Positions 50,181-63,186 of a stretch of 64,000 nucleotides of DNA are shown piece by piece. The notes under the pieces are model-generated. The model saw only the letters and a program-made list of their open reading frames with translations. It was not told the origin of the DNA and ran no database searches. Source of the stretch: Hypanus sabinus. Taxonomy: Eukaryota. Location of the stretch: positions 31,434,001-31,498,000 of the forward strand of contig NC_082719.1 in NCBI RefSeq assembly GCF_030144855.1, written 5' to 3'. A program made the translations under genes and the position numbers. Numbering within the stretch: position 1 is the first letter of the stretch; each line of letters opens with the position of its first letter.

Positions 50181-50533
50181 CACTAAGTGGCCACTTTATG
50201 AGATATGTTTTTACCTGCAGAACTTCCACTCACTGGATGCTCTTTGCTTTTCACACCGTCCCCTGGAAACTCTAAAGACTGTTGTGTGTGACAATCCCAG
50301 GAGATCAGCAGTTTCCAAGGTACTTGAACAAATCTGTTTGGCACTAACAATCATTCCACAGTCAAAGTCACTTAGATCATATTTCTTCCCCATTCTGATG
50401 TTTGGTTTGAACAACTGAATGTCTTGACCATGTCTACGTGCTTTAATACATTTTATGAGTTGTTGCCACATGATTGGTTGATCAGATATTTGCATTAATG
50501 AACAAGTGTACCTAATAAAGTGACTTCTGAATG
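50181..50533 (-). mobile_element. Tc1-like non-autonomous DNA transposon
   Basis: TA at 50179-50180; TIRs CACTAAGTGGCCACTTTAT / ATAAAGTGACTTCTGAATG; 'MGKKYDLSDFDCGMIV...ETADLLGLSHTTVFRV' Tc1 paired-like HTH. Confidence 0.85.
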
Positions 50534-50639
50534 GACATACATACATTTCTCACTGAAATTTATAGTTTATTTTATGTTTGCACTCCACTGCTGCCACAGA
50601 TCACACAGTTCATGACAAACAGTATGTCAGTGATAATAA

Positions 50640-50856
50640 GGCAAACATGAGGAAATCTGCAGATGCTGGAAATTCAAGCAACACACACAAAACGCTGGTG
50701 GAACGCAGCAGGCCAGGCAGCATCTGTAGGGTGAAGTGCTTTTGACGTTTCAGGCTGAGACCCTTCGTCAGGTCTCGGCCCGAAACGTCGACAGCGCTTC
50801 TCCTGATAGATGCTGCCTGGCCTGTTGTGTTCCACCAGCGTTTTGTGTGTGTTGCT
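50640..50856. mobile_element. Fold-back PLE terminal-repeat insertion centred on a hammerhead
   Basis: Arms 50675-50762 and 50771-50858 are inverted; perfect 15-bp TSD TGTCAGTGATAATAA (50625-50639 / 50857-50871); minus-strand core CTGACGA...GAAAC-GTC at 50744-50771. Confidence 0.92.
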
Positions 50857-53627
50857 TGTCAGTGATAATAAACCTAATTTAGGTTCTGAACAGGGACTTC
50901 AATGTGGGGAGAAAGGCCTCCATCTCGTTAACAGTGTTAGGAATGTGACACAAGTAAGTGACACAGTTTTCTATTTCTCTCTTCACAGATGCTGCCTGCT
51001 CGAAGCATTGCCAACACTTTTCAGTTTTTATACAATCTACATGAATTACTTAAATAAATTAAGCCAGAAAATATTGGGCATACTCAGCAGATCAAGCAGT
51101 ATTGGTAGAGACAGAAATACCGTTGACATTTCAATCCAATGACTAAGATAAATGGATGTAGTGTATTGTATCCAAGTTTGCCAATGAAATGAAATTCATT
51201 TGGAAAAGAAAATCTACAAATGTGTGAGGACAAAAACCTACTAAATGTTGATATCTGGAGGAATCTGGGAGTTCTTGTACATTAAACACAGAAAATTAAG
51301 ATCAAGATAAAGAAACAAATTTGACAGATAAATAATATGTTATCTCTTGTTATTAATAGATTAGGGAATATGGATAAGGAGATCCCATAGTGCTTGTGTA
51401 GTGTTTAGATGTGTGCATTCTCAGAGAACAGCAAAGTTGTAAAAACTTTGCTGCAGCAGAAAGAAGTTTCACTTGATTGATTACTGGGATGGGAGGGTTG
51501 TCCTTTGAGGGAAGATGAAGTAGGATGGTTTTATAATCTTTACAATTTAGAAGATTGAGGACTGATGTTTTTAAAGGATTCTGCAACATACTGACAAGTT
51601 AGATGCTGACTGACTGTTTCACCTGGTTAATGAATGCAGAGCTGGTTTCATAGATTCACTGAGTTATACAGCATTGAGACAGGCCTTTTGTCCAACATGC
51701 CAATGCCCATCGATGTGCCAAACTAAACTATTTCCATTTGCCCACATTTGGCCTATATTACTCTAAATCCTTTCTTCAACGTACCTATGCAAAAAGTGTT
51801 TTGAATTGAAAGTGAAATTCACTATCGACTTCAAAGCATCAGCACAGATTTTGGTTGATTGAGCAAAATGGTGTCTGATAATTGACCTCAGACCTTAATC
51901 AAATTCATGGCCTGCTACTGAGCAGGAGCAATCCCCAGCAGAGATGCTGGTTGCCCTCAGTCAGCTATTGGGCAGGTCATCACGTTCAGTTGCCCAAGGC
52001 CAGACACTTGAAACAGACCCTCCACAGACAATCTATCTGAGCTCCATTACACGAAGTGATTATTAGGCAGACAGGGGAAATGATACATGAAAATAAACAC
52101 AACAGAGAGCGGATGTTAAGTAAAAAGACACTGCTGGAGGAGCTCCATAGATCAGGTAGCATCTGTGAAGGCAAAGAGATCGTTAATATTTTAGGTCAAG
52201 ACCGAGTATCAGGATTAGGAGTATAAAGGGGAGACAGCAGGTATAAGGAGGTAGAAGAAGGGATTAGACAGGAGCTGGCAAGTGATAGGTGGATCCAAGC
52301 AAGGAGGGGTTGATAGCTGGCTAATCCCAGGATAATGGATATGATGCTTAAGTGTTGGGCTAAGACAAACTTTTTCCAAAAATTGTTGTAATGTTAAAAA
52401 TGCTGATTTCAAACACTTCTATTGATAGTGTTTCTTACAAAGCTGTGTTGGCTCAGGCCAGCTTACTACTACCTCAGTTAATAGCAGAGAATACTTTTCT
52501 TCTTATATTATTGTAGATCTTTTGAATTTTCTAATTCGGAAGGTTGCAAGTGCTGTTAGATTGATAGAATTTTGGACTTGAAGGGATTCCAGAGCAAAAC
52601 AGGATTATGCCAGAAAGTGAAGCTGAGAAATTTGCTGAACAATAGAGTAAACTTTTAGGGGTGTCTATCATTATTACGTTTTTAGAAGTTAGAGTATGAA
52701 GAATTATTTCCTTCTTTTGATTTGTCACAATATGGATTGTACTCCCACAAGATTTTTTTATGTTCCTAGTTTTTGTTAGCCAACAGAAAGTGTTTGGTGA
52801 TAATAGGAGCTTTTTCTGTTTGACTTGAACCAATGAAATTAAAAGGGATCCAGACTCAAAGTTGAGGACTCAGGGGGCAACTCCTTGATTGCACAAAATT
52901 CAACCTTGACCTCTTTTATCCCCCTTATGTGAAAGGCCACATTCCTGTGTAGCAGCAGAGCATTTGGGACTTTAACAACATTGCTACTTGTGTGCTTCAG
53001 TAAGTATGTGTATTCTGGGTATTATTTAATTAATCTGTGGGATATCTCTCACAATTTTGACATTTGTCTCCATTTGTTTATGAGAAAGACTTTTCAGAGT
53101 CAGCTGCTTGATGGAACTTTTCCTATGACAGGTACAAGGTTGTGGCTGCATTTAATTGTCCCATCTAGTCCAATGCTTGTATCTCCATCCCGATTTTATA
53201 CATCGGAAAATTTGCTAATCTACTTCAGAAGACAGATAATAATCAAGTACATTGGTGGAAATGGTGAATTAAGCCAGACCGAGCCAGAATAATAGTTTTC
53301 CTTCAACAAACAATCTGACTTAATGAGTCAATAGGGTTCTATTGTAGTCTCGCAGTTCCATAATTATTTTACTCCCAACAGCATTATTAGTTCTCGCTTT
53401 TTTTCTGAAATCCTGCTTCATGATCCCAAGTCGACTTTGTGGGATTTAACCCAATTATTAACCCAGGTCTATAGATTACAATGACCTAGCAAACATTCAA
53501 TCCTACTCTTGACATTTAATGGTATTACAATCATAGCTTTCTCACCATCTTGCAGGAACTTACCTGAAGCAACTGTATAAATTTTGTTACTGCTTATATG
53601 GGTAAAGTGCTCATTTAGAAAAGGAGG

Positions 53628-53750
53628 TAGAAAAATAGAGGGCTATGGGTAAGCCTAGGTAATTTCTAAGGTAAGGACATGTTTGGCACAGCATTGTAGG
53701 CTGAAGGGCCTGTATTGTGCTGTAGGTTTTCTATGTTTCTTTGTTTCTAC
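53628..53750 (+). mobile_element. CR1 3' tail fragment
   Basis: Near-identical to 22495-22610. Confidence 0.85.
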
Positions 53751-54749
53751 AAGGCAAAAATTAAGAAGGTGATGGGACGCTGTCCACTTGCCTGGATGAA
53801 TACATTTCCAATGACACTCAGGAACATCTTCACATTCCAGTTTAAAACAACCCACTTGATTAGCATCTATCCTCTATCCTAAACACTTATTCCTTTTAGC
53901 ACTGATAGTCTGTAGTTACAGTCTACAACAGTCTACAGTCTACAGTCTGTAAACTGTGCTGGGCTTACTGATGATGGGTCATTTCAACGGTATCTTTGAA
54001 ATATACAAACATCCATCAACCTAATCACCACCACCTGAAGCTTCCACCACCATGTTGTACATCATCTTGAGTTAGAAATATATTGTTGCACTTTCTTTGT
54101 CATTGAGTCTAAATCCTATACTTCTCTGTGTAATACTGAACCAGTATATTTAGAGAGAAGAACTGCTATGATTTTTAAGCAGTATCTCAAGGATTGTTAA
54201 GATCCACAATGGTTATTACCCTTGTTAACATTGCCACACCTCAAAATAATTTTTCAAATATCTCAATGGGAACATTCTCCTGGAGTTTCAGCTAAGTAGC
54301 ATGCAGAAAATAATTATTCCTTTTCCTCCCATGTACCAATAAACAACAGAATATAGAGGGGACAACTTTAATGGGTAATTAGAAAGATGCCTCTTTTGGA
54401 AAAGAATTCAAAATACATCTTTAGCTGAATACTGCCAGTGAAAGCATTATGCTCTGTAATTATAAAATCTTTTCCCTTGTGTTGAGTTTGTATTTCTTGA
54501 TGTTTTCTTGAATGTGCAGGTGGTTGGCCATATCTTCCTACATTATATACTGCTTAAGAATTTATAATGAATAATAAAGCTAAGGTATAACATGAAATAA
54601 TCAGTTCAGGCATTGACTGTTACTCAGAAGTTATCACCATAAGATCTAAAGTTGGCCCATGTTCTTACTGCCCTCAGATCAATGGAGAAGATCAGGGATA
54701 ATGTGTTTAAAAGTGTGGTGTCAACCAATAAGCAATTATCCTAAACTTA

Positions 54750-54874
54750 GAGATGCAAGAGTCTGCAGATGTTGGAGGAATTTGCAAGCTGTTGGAGAAG
54801 CTCAACAGGTCAGACAGAAGCCATAGATGGAAAGTAGACAGTTGATGTTTTTGCTTGACACCCTTCATCTGGAC
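54750..54874 (-). mobile_element. Old PLE terminal fragment ending at a decayed hammerhead
   Basis: Minus strand begins GTCCAGATGAAGGGTGTCAAGCAAAAACATCAAC, followed by PLE end sequence. Confidence 0.6.
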
Positions 54875-57267
54875 ATTAATTTGGAATTATACCACTTACC
54901 TTTATTTTCTCTGCAGGGCCACACCTGTTATGGCTGTGCATAAAATATTTTTAGGAAATTTAGGAGTCTCTTAAGGACATGGATGAAAGAAAATGGAAGG
55001 TTATGGACTATGTAGAAGGGAAGGATTGGACTGATCTTGGAGTAGGTTTAAAGGTCTACACAACATCGTGAACTGAAGGTCCCATATTGTGCTGTACTTC
55101 TATATGTTCTATGATATTACTTTTCCTTGACAGGATCATGTAAGATAGATTATAATTTTTCCTCTTCAACATGTATTTTTTTTTGGAAAACAATGGAAGG
55201 CAAAATGGAACTACTGGCATTGGCATATCAAGTATCTTACTTGTTCCCATCACTCTCCCAAATGAGAAAAGGAGACAGAAATACTCGAAGAAGATCTCGA
55301 TATTATAAATCAGCTATATGGATGAAGGAGTGGGAATCTATAGGGTTTTCCATTATCTGGGAGCTTTGTGCAGGAGCATTTTCATCATGAGAGTCTGCAA
55401 CAAAGAAAACAGGCATCTTTGGATCTTTAATGTAAGTGCAATCTGCAGGACGGGATTACAAAGAGCCTTGAGTAGATGCTTCTTCAAAACCATTTGAACA
55501 GTGTTTCCAAAGTAATGAAAAAAAACATAGAAAGAAAACCCTCCTTAGAATAGCACTAATAAGTCTCTTGACACATAGTTACTTACAAATATGCATTTTT
55601 CAGACTGTGTGATCTTTGGAAAAATATATTAATGGGCTTTATAAAAATTCTCCAAGTTCCCTGGAAAAATAAATGAAGCAAAAATAAACTTCCTTACTGG
55701 GCAGCCATCCTCAGTATTGAGACAAAAGGTTACACACAGCCAAGTAGGTCTGGCAGGCCATAGCAACATCAGACTCCTGAAAAACTATCTATTTTAAGCT
55801 CTGTCACATGAAAAAAAAATCAAGGATATATTAAAAACCTCCTTGAAAATATGCTGCATCCTCAATGACTCTTGGGAATCATTGGCCCACATATTCAAAG
55901 TGGAGGAGGAACATTCAAAAAGCTAGGTTTTAGTCCATATACCTCAGGTCCTGCTGAATGTTAGGAGCACAACACTACATAAATTACACATCCAACAGGC
56001 CTACTGGGCACCTCCTGCCCCATCTGCAGATATGTTTACAATTTTCATACTGGCTTCCTGAGTGATCTCAGAATAAACAGAACCAGAGTGAAGCAATTCC
56101 CCTTGGGAAAACCAAAGGAGAAAGAAAGATGTTAATGGTAACTTGGTCAAAGACTAATTTCAATGTAAATATCTAGTTATCCAGTTGGCTTGCCCAGAAC
56201 CAAGAGGGCTAGCAAAAGATAGATTCAATTTCTTCTCTGTGCCTCTGTACATACTCCCTATGTTGGAAGGAACATTAAAGCACTGCCAAAGTGCCAAACA
56301 GTTAGATGCTGTTGCTCCAGGAGCTCAAACTAATGTAGGACACTTACAATTTAATGACAGATAATCGTAAATGCAATGCATCTTCCAACTTGCTACTGTC
56401 AATACACAGCTTTAATTTTGGAGGAAAACACTCATTTGTTGCAACACTTCTTAACATGGGTTTGGTTAGATGAGGACTTATAGTAAATTAATTAAATGAG
56501 TTGATAGCAGAGCCAATTAATTACATGGTATATTACAACCTTGAGTAATAAAATACTTATAAATTCCAGTGTTGCATGTTCAGCTCAATCTATAAATTAG
56601 CCAAAGTGCAGAAAAGGATTATTTACATTAATTATCTAAAATTTCAGCTTAAAAGCCAAATTTGCAATCAACTTAGTAGATTTGTACATCCAAAAGAAAG
56701 ATTCTGCAAAATAAGTTCTTGATTTCAGTAATTTTCATAGAATTTATTACAGTGTAGTTTGGGGTCATTGCAGAAGACAAATGCACACATACAAATCTGA
56801 AAATTATTAGTTAAAATATTCTGTGTATGTTGTCAGTTCTTAAACATCATTGAAGAATTTGCAGAATTGTTGCATATTTCAAAAGTGTAGCCAAAACTCA
56901 CCAAATAAACATACTATCAGTAATCGTGGAAGAAACAGTAAACACTAATTTTAATACCTCATTCTGATTCCAGACGCACTGTGTTGCTGACCAATATAGC
57001 AAGCACTCCTTTGTCACCAAAAAGACAAACCTTTATGACACCTCTATAAATAAACAAATTCAACACTCGACTAATTTCTTTCAGACATTAATTCATGCTT
57101 CTACATTGGAGTAAAGATTCCATTATCAGTTAAGCAAGAGTAACACCTCAAAAGCATGAGCTGGGAGCTGTTGTGTCAAATTTTCACCACTTCATTTTTT
57201 TCATTTTGGTGACACCAATGACACTTGCAATTTTGCCTTGAATTTTATTAAAATTAGACTGTGTTAC

Positions 57268-57912
57268 TTCAGATTCAGAATCAGAATCAGGTTTAATATC
57301 ACCGGTATATGTCATGAAATTTGTTAACTTAGCGTCAGCAGGACAACGCAAAATGGAGTAAGTAAAGAAAAACATAAGCAAATCAGTTACAGTAAGTATA
57401 GATACATACATTAAATAGTTAAATTAAAATAGTGCTTAAACAGAAATAATATTTAAAAATAGTGAGGTAGTGTTTATGGGTTCAATGTCCATTTAGGAAT
57501 CAGATGGCAGAGGTGAAGAAGTTATTCCTGAATTGCTGATTGTGTGCCTTCAGGCTTCTCCACCTCCAACCTGACAGTAACAATGAGAAGAGGGCATGCC
57601 CTCGGTGAAGAGAATCCTTAATAGTGGACATCACCTTTCTGAGGCACTACTCTTTGAACATGTCTTGGATACTAAGTAAGGTATTACGCAAGATGGAGCT
57701 GACTAATTTTACAGCTTTCTGTAGCTTCTTTTGGTCCTGGAGCAGTGCCCTCACCCTCCCTCACCACCCCCCAAACCAGACAGTGATGCAGCCTGTCAGA
57801 AATCTCTCACAGTTTGTTTGTAGAAGTTTTCGAGTGTTTCAGATGACAAACCAAATCTCCTCAAATTGCTAATTTAATGTAGATGCTGCCTTGCATTCTT
57901 TATAGCTGCATC
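57268..57912 (-). mobile_element. Rex/Babar LINE 3' part
   Basis: Tail (CTGATT/CTGAAT)n; homologous to 21300-21946; the RT portion resumes at 59338-59960. Confidence 0.88.
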
Positions 57913-59336
57913 GAAAATAGCAAATGTTACTCTGCTATTTAGGAAGGGTGGGAGGCAGCAGAAAGGAAACCATAGACCAGTTAGCCTGACATCAGTGGTT
58001 GGGAAGTTGTTGGAATCGACTGTTAGGGATGAGATTATGGAGTACCTGGATGCACATGACAAGATAGGCCAAAGCCAACAGTTTCCTGAAAGGAAAATCC
58101 TGCCTGACTAACCTACTGCAATTTTTTGAGGAAATTACAAGCAGAGTAGACAAAGGAGATGTAGTAGATGTGGTGTACTTGGACTTTCAGAAGGCTTTTG
58201 ACAAGATGCCACACATGAGACTGCTTAGCAAGATGAGGTCCCATGGAACTACAAGGGAGTTACTAGCATGGGTGGAACATTGGCTGATCGGCAGAAAACA
58301 ATAAATGGATCTTATTCTGGCTGTGGCTGTTACCAGTGGAGTTCCACAGGGGTCAGTGTTGGGACTGCTGCTTTTTATGACGTATGTCCATGATTTGGAC
58401 TATGGGATTAATGGATTTGTGGCTAAATTTGCTGATGATACAAAGATAGGTGGATAGTGTTGAGGGAACAGAGAACCTGCAGAGAGACTTAGATTGTTTA
58501 GGGGAATGGGCAAAGAGGTGGCAAATGAAATACAATGTTGGAAAGTGTACAGCCAATGCCTTTGGTGGAAGAAGTAAACATGAAGACTATTATTTAGATG
58601 GGGAAAGAATTCAAAATGCAGAGATGCAAAGGGACTTGGAAGTCCTGTGCAGGATACCCCAAAGGTTAACCTCCAGGTTGAGTTGGTGATGAAGAAGGCA
58701 AATGCAATGTTGGCATTCATTTCGAGAGGTATAAATATAACAGCAGGGATGTAATGTTGAAAAGACACTCGTGAGACCACACTTGGAGTATTGTGTGCAG
58801 TTTTGGGCTCCTTATTTTAGAAAGGATAAATTGATATTGGAGAGGGTTCAGAGAAGGTTCACCAGAATGATTCCAGGAATGAATGGGTTACCATATGAGG
58901 AACGTCTGGCAGCTCTTGGGCTGTATTCCCTGGAGTTCAGGAGAATGAGGGGGGATCTCATAGAAACATTCCAAATGTTATAAGGCCCGAATAGATTAGA
59001 TATAGCAAAGTTATTTCCCATGGTAGGGAAGTCCAGGACTTCAGTATTGAAAGACGTCCATTTAGAACAGCAATGTGGAGAAATTACTTTGGTCAGAGGG
59101 TGGTAAATCTGTGGAATTTTTGCCACAAGTGGCTGTGAAGGCCAGGCCTTTGGGTGCATTTAAGGCAGAGATAGATACGTTCTTGATTAGCCAGGGCAAT
59201 AAAGGGTATGGAGAGAAGGCAGGAGAGTGGGGATGACTGGAAGAATTGGGTCAGCCCATGATTGAATGGTGGAACAGACTCAAAGAGCCGAATGGCCTAC
59301 TTCTGCTCCTATATCTTATGGCCTTATGATCTTATG
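57913..59336 (+). mobile_element. CR1 LINE 3' half inserted in a Rex LINE
   Basis: 'ANVTLLFRKG...GNHRPVSLTSVVGK', 'GVPQGSVLG', 'KFADDTK', '[13 protein letters not shown]'; CTTATG-repeat tail. Confidence 0.93.
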
Positions 59337-59337
59337 T

Positions 59338-59960
59338 TAGGAAGACAAGGATCCAATTGCAGAGGTAGGTACAGAGGCCCAGGTTCTGATGGTGTTAAAC
59401 GCTGAGCTACTGTCAATGAACAGCAACCAGACTTAGGGTGTTTGTATTGTCCAGGTGATCTAAGGCCATGTGAAGAGCATCTGCTGTAGACCTATTGTGG
59501 TGATAAGCAAACTGCAGTGGGTCCAGGACCTTGCTGAGGCAGGAGTTGATTCTAGCCATAAACAACCTCTCAAAGCTTTTCATTACCGTAGATGTGAGTA
59601 CTACTGGATGATAGTCATTAAGGCAGCTCACACTACTCTTCTTGGATAGTAGTATAATTGTTGCCACTTATAATTGTTGAACTTCCGACCGTACCAGTGA
59701 GAGGTTGAAAATGTCCTTGAATACTCCTGCCAGTTGGTTGGCACAAGTTTTGAAAGCTTCCCAAGATACTCCATTGGATCCTGCTATCTTGTGAGCTATC
59801 TCCTGAAAGACAGCCTAACATCAGAATGCGAGACAGCGATCACAGGGTCACTGGGTGCAGCAGGGCTCTTCACAGCTGTAGTTATATTCTCCTTTTCAAA
59901 GTGGGCATATAAGGCATTGAGCTCGTCTGGCAATGAAGCATCACTGTCAGTTATGCTATT
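59338..59960 (-). mobile_element. Rex/Babar LINE RT fragment
   Basis: '[22 protein letters not shown]...[17 protein letters not shown]'. Confidence 0.88.
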
Positions 59961-61288
59961 ATATATCATCTGTTTTATCTATACAAACATATAGAAAGAT
60001 GTACTATGCTGCTATACAGGAGATTTACAGAAGTCAGCAGTACAATTTATGTGGAATTATTAAATAGTTAATTTTAAAATAGCTATTTCCTTGTTTTCTC
60101 TTCATATATTGCAGCACACATTCTGGCTTTTATTTATGATCATGGGAATCCACTTTGAATCCCTGATTGTTTTTTGGAGGAAGGAGGGGAATGGCAGTGT
60201 AGGGATTTACTACAATGGGACCAGACTGCATTGTCATGCCTATAGACCACCATCAGTCAGTAGCAGATATTAGGCAGCGTCAGTCCAAAGGTGAAAGAAA
60301 AAGCTGCAAGCTCTTTTTTTTTGCCAGATACAGTATTTAATACCTGCTGGAGGGATGCAAGGAAGCGTGGTGCATGCAGCAGCTGAAATATTTAGATGTG
60401 CTCTATGTGCCATTTAATCCATCCTCTTGCAGCCGGTCTCTAGTGAGGAGCAGTGATTTTTCTCTTCACTGCATTTCATTCTGATCATCTTGACTTTGCC
60501 AGCTGCCGCACAGTGTGTTTGAACTATTTCATCACTTGTCCGCCAATCTATTTTCAAAATTACTGAGCCACGCACTGGTTTTTGGTACTTTTGTTTTTGC
60601 AAAGTTATCTTTAGAAAGAGAAATAAGCATGAAAATTCTCAGCAATCCCCAGGTTGTGTGGATTCTAGTAACTTTAGTGTATTTCAATTCTCCCACCAGC
60701 AATTTGCAGAGATCTGATATCTCTTCAGTACCTTGGCTCACTGGTGTGCACTCATCACCATGATTCAGTACAGGCTGTGGTAACCGAGGGAAGAGTGGGA
60801 GGAGTAGTTCTCAACAACCTCAATACTACCTTGCCGAGCACCACAAATACAACAACGGAAAGTGACAAATGAAAAGATAATTCCAGAGGCCCTGCTGCAA
60901 AACACCATGAGCATCTAAGAAAGTAAATAAAATAAGCAGTAAACATTTCAACTGTGATTTTGGCATTGACTTTCCATCCAGCTTATAGAAGTTCATTACC
61001 AAACACTTCAATGGATCATTATTCTATTTTTCAAACTGCTGATAACTTCTACTCACGATCTATCAGTATTCACCTTGTAATCATCAGCTTTATTTGGATT
61101 ATCTATATATAGTGTTCAAAGACCATTGTCCTTTAACATAGCTTTGGAAAATTTATTGTTCAAATGCTGATCTTTTTGACTGCATTTCAATGGTATCAAA
61201 AACTTCTGCTTCTTGTAGCTCTTTGAGGTGACAGCTGCCAATCGCTGGTACACTCGTACTTCAAGCAAGTCAAAGCGTCTTCTAAAAG

Positions 61289-61368
61289 AAAGGGTTCCCA
61301 ACCTTTTTTATGCCATGGATTCCTACCATTAACTGAGGGGTTCGTGGACCCCAGTCTGTGAACCTTTG
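61289..61368. mobile_element. hAT-type MITE (same family as 11059-11138)
   Basis: Aligns end to end with the reverse complement of 11059-11138. Confidence 0.7.
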
Positions 61369-61882
61369 TTTTAAGGCTTCTAATTGTAACTCAATGACAC
61401 AAGAGACTGCAGATAATGGAATCTGGACCAACAAAGAAAGAATCTGCTGGAGGAACTCAGAGTCTCAGGCAGCTTTTGTGACAGGAAAGGAATTATTGCC
61501 ATTTCACCTTGATTTGCCGTTTATCATTCACCACTCCTCAGTTCGCCAGGCTCAGGTCTCGTTTCTCATCTTCTCTTTATATTAACTACATTCACCCTTC
61601 ACTATCTGGTGCAGGGTGACAATCTCTCCCCCTCCTCCCCCCATGCCCACACCCTCCCCCACAGAAGCTGCTCATTCTGTTGAATTCCTCCAGCAGCTTG
61701 TTTTTCAGATAACAATGTTCAAGCTTTTAATAAACGTAGGTTGCCTCAATTTCATTACCATTCTTGATGCATCTGATTTTCACTTTTCAATCCTACTCTT
61801 GATATATTCCATGGAACTTAGCCATTCACTTTCACTTCCCAATTATCTCAGAATCTATGTGTTCTATATAAATTTCATTGAA

Positions 61883-62245
61883 TAAAGCAGCATCTGTAAT
61901 CAAAGATCCTCACCACCCAGCCCATGCTCTTTTCTCGCTGCTGCTATTAGTTACAAGGTACAAGTTCTCACACCACTATGTTCAGGAACAGTTACTACCC
62001 CTCAACCATCAGGCTCTTGAACAAAAGAGGATAACTACACTCATTTAAGGACTCTTTTATCCTGTTATTTTATGCCCATTATTTATTACTATATATTTAT
62101 ATCTGCATTTGCACAGTTTGCTGTCCATTGATCCTGTTTACATTTACTGTTCTATAGATTTGCTAAGTATGCCCACAGAAAAAGAACCTCAGGATGACGT
62201 GTGTTCTCTGAAAATAATTTTTACTTTTTACTTTTTTTGAACTTT
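61883..62245 (+). mobile_element. Rex/Babar LINE 3' fragment
   Basis: 'KAASVIKDPHHPAHALFSLLL...FRNSYYPSTIRLLN' plus UTR. Confidence 0.8.
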
Positions 62246-63186
62246 GGATTATACTATTATATCCAGTGTATAGAAAAAAAGTAAATGGACTCAAGAGTCT
62301 GGTTTAAAAAAAACTTCTTTTTTCAACTAGGCAGCTCAAATAGTTTAATCTGTTTAGGACTAACTGAAAACTGATGCTAGAGGTTGAACTCTTTGCACCC
62401 CATTGCTGCAAACTCAAGAAGGAACGTCAAGTTATTGAAATCTTTATCTTATCAGCAATGATGTATCCTTAAGAATCTTTTACTTGGGCATTTATAATTC
62501 TAGTATACTATATTGCAATAGAGAATTGAGAAGCAAGCACCTCACAAGAAAAGCTATGAAGAATGTATCAAAGTCACAATTTTACCAGGTGAACAATGGA
62601 GTTATATTATTCCAAGATGTACTTTGTAAACTTCTTCCAGTTTTCATATAAAATCATAATAATAACAGGTGACCTCCCCCCCACATTACAGCAGTTGACT
62701 AATGGAAATCTACCTTCAAAGAGTTCACAAATCATTATGAAAAAAATGTAAACTATGGATTAAAAAAGATCTGATTTCTTTCTGTCTGCAACTGATTTTA
62801 TTTTACTATGCACATAAGGGGTTTGGTGGCCTTGTTTTTAGAAAATGACTTCAATTGAGATTTCTTTGTTTTGTGGTTGTCTGTAAGGAGACGAATCTCA
62901 TGGTTGTATATAACATTCATACTTTGATAATAAATGCATTTTGAACTTCGAACTGTTAAAAATAGTCCTTCACCGAAATTTTGTTAATTTTTATTCTTTT
63001 TAAACTCACATTTCTTGCTCCGGTTTCACATTACAGAAAATCATGGTGCATATGTACTTTAAGAAACACAATCACCCCCAACCCCTCTCCCGCCCTGTAA
63101 CAGGGAGGTCATGTGTAGTAGATTGCTAAATGGTGTGGAACAGTTAAATGTCTGACTCAAATACAAATTTAAATATTAAAACACTC

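Noticed and set aside
60629-60872. Signal-peptide-like and Thr-rich reading frames
   Set aside because: The frames are short, discontinuous and stop-bounded, with no recognised homology.
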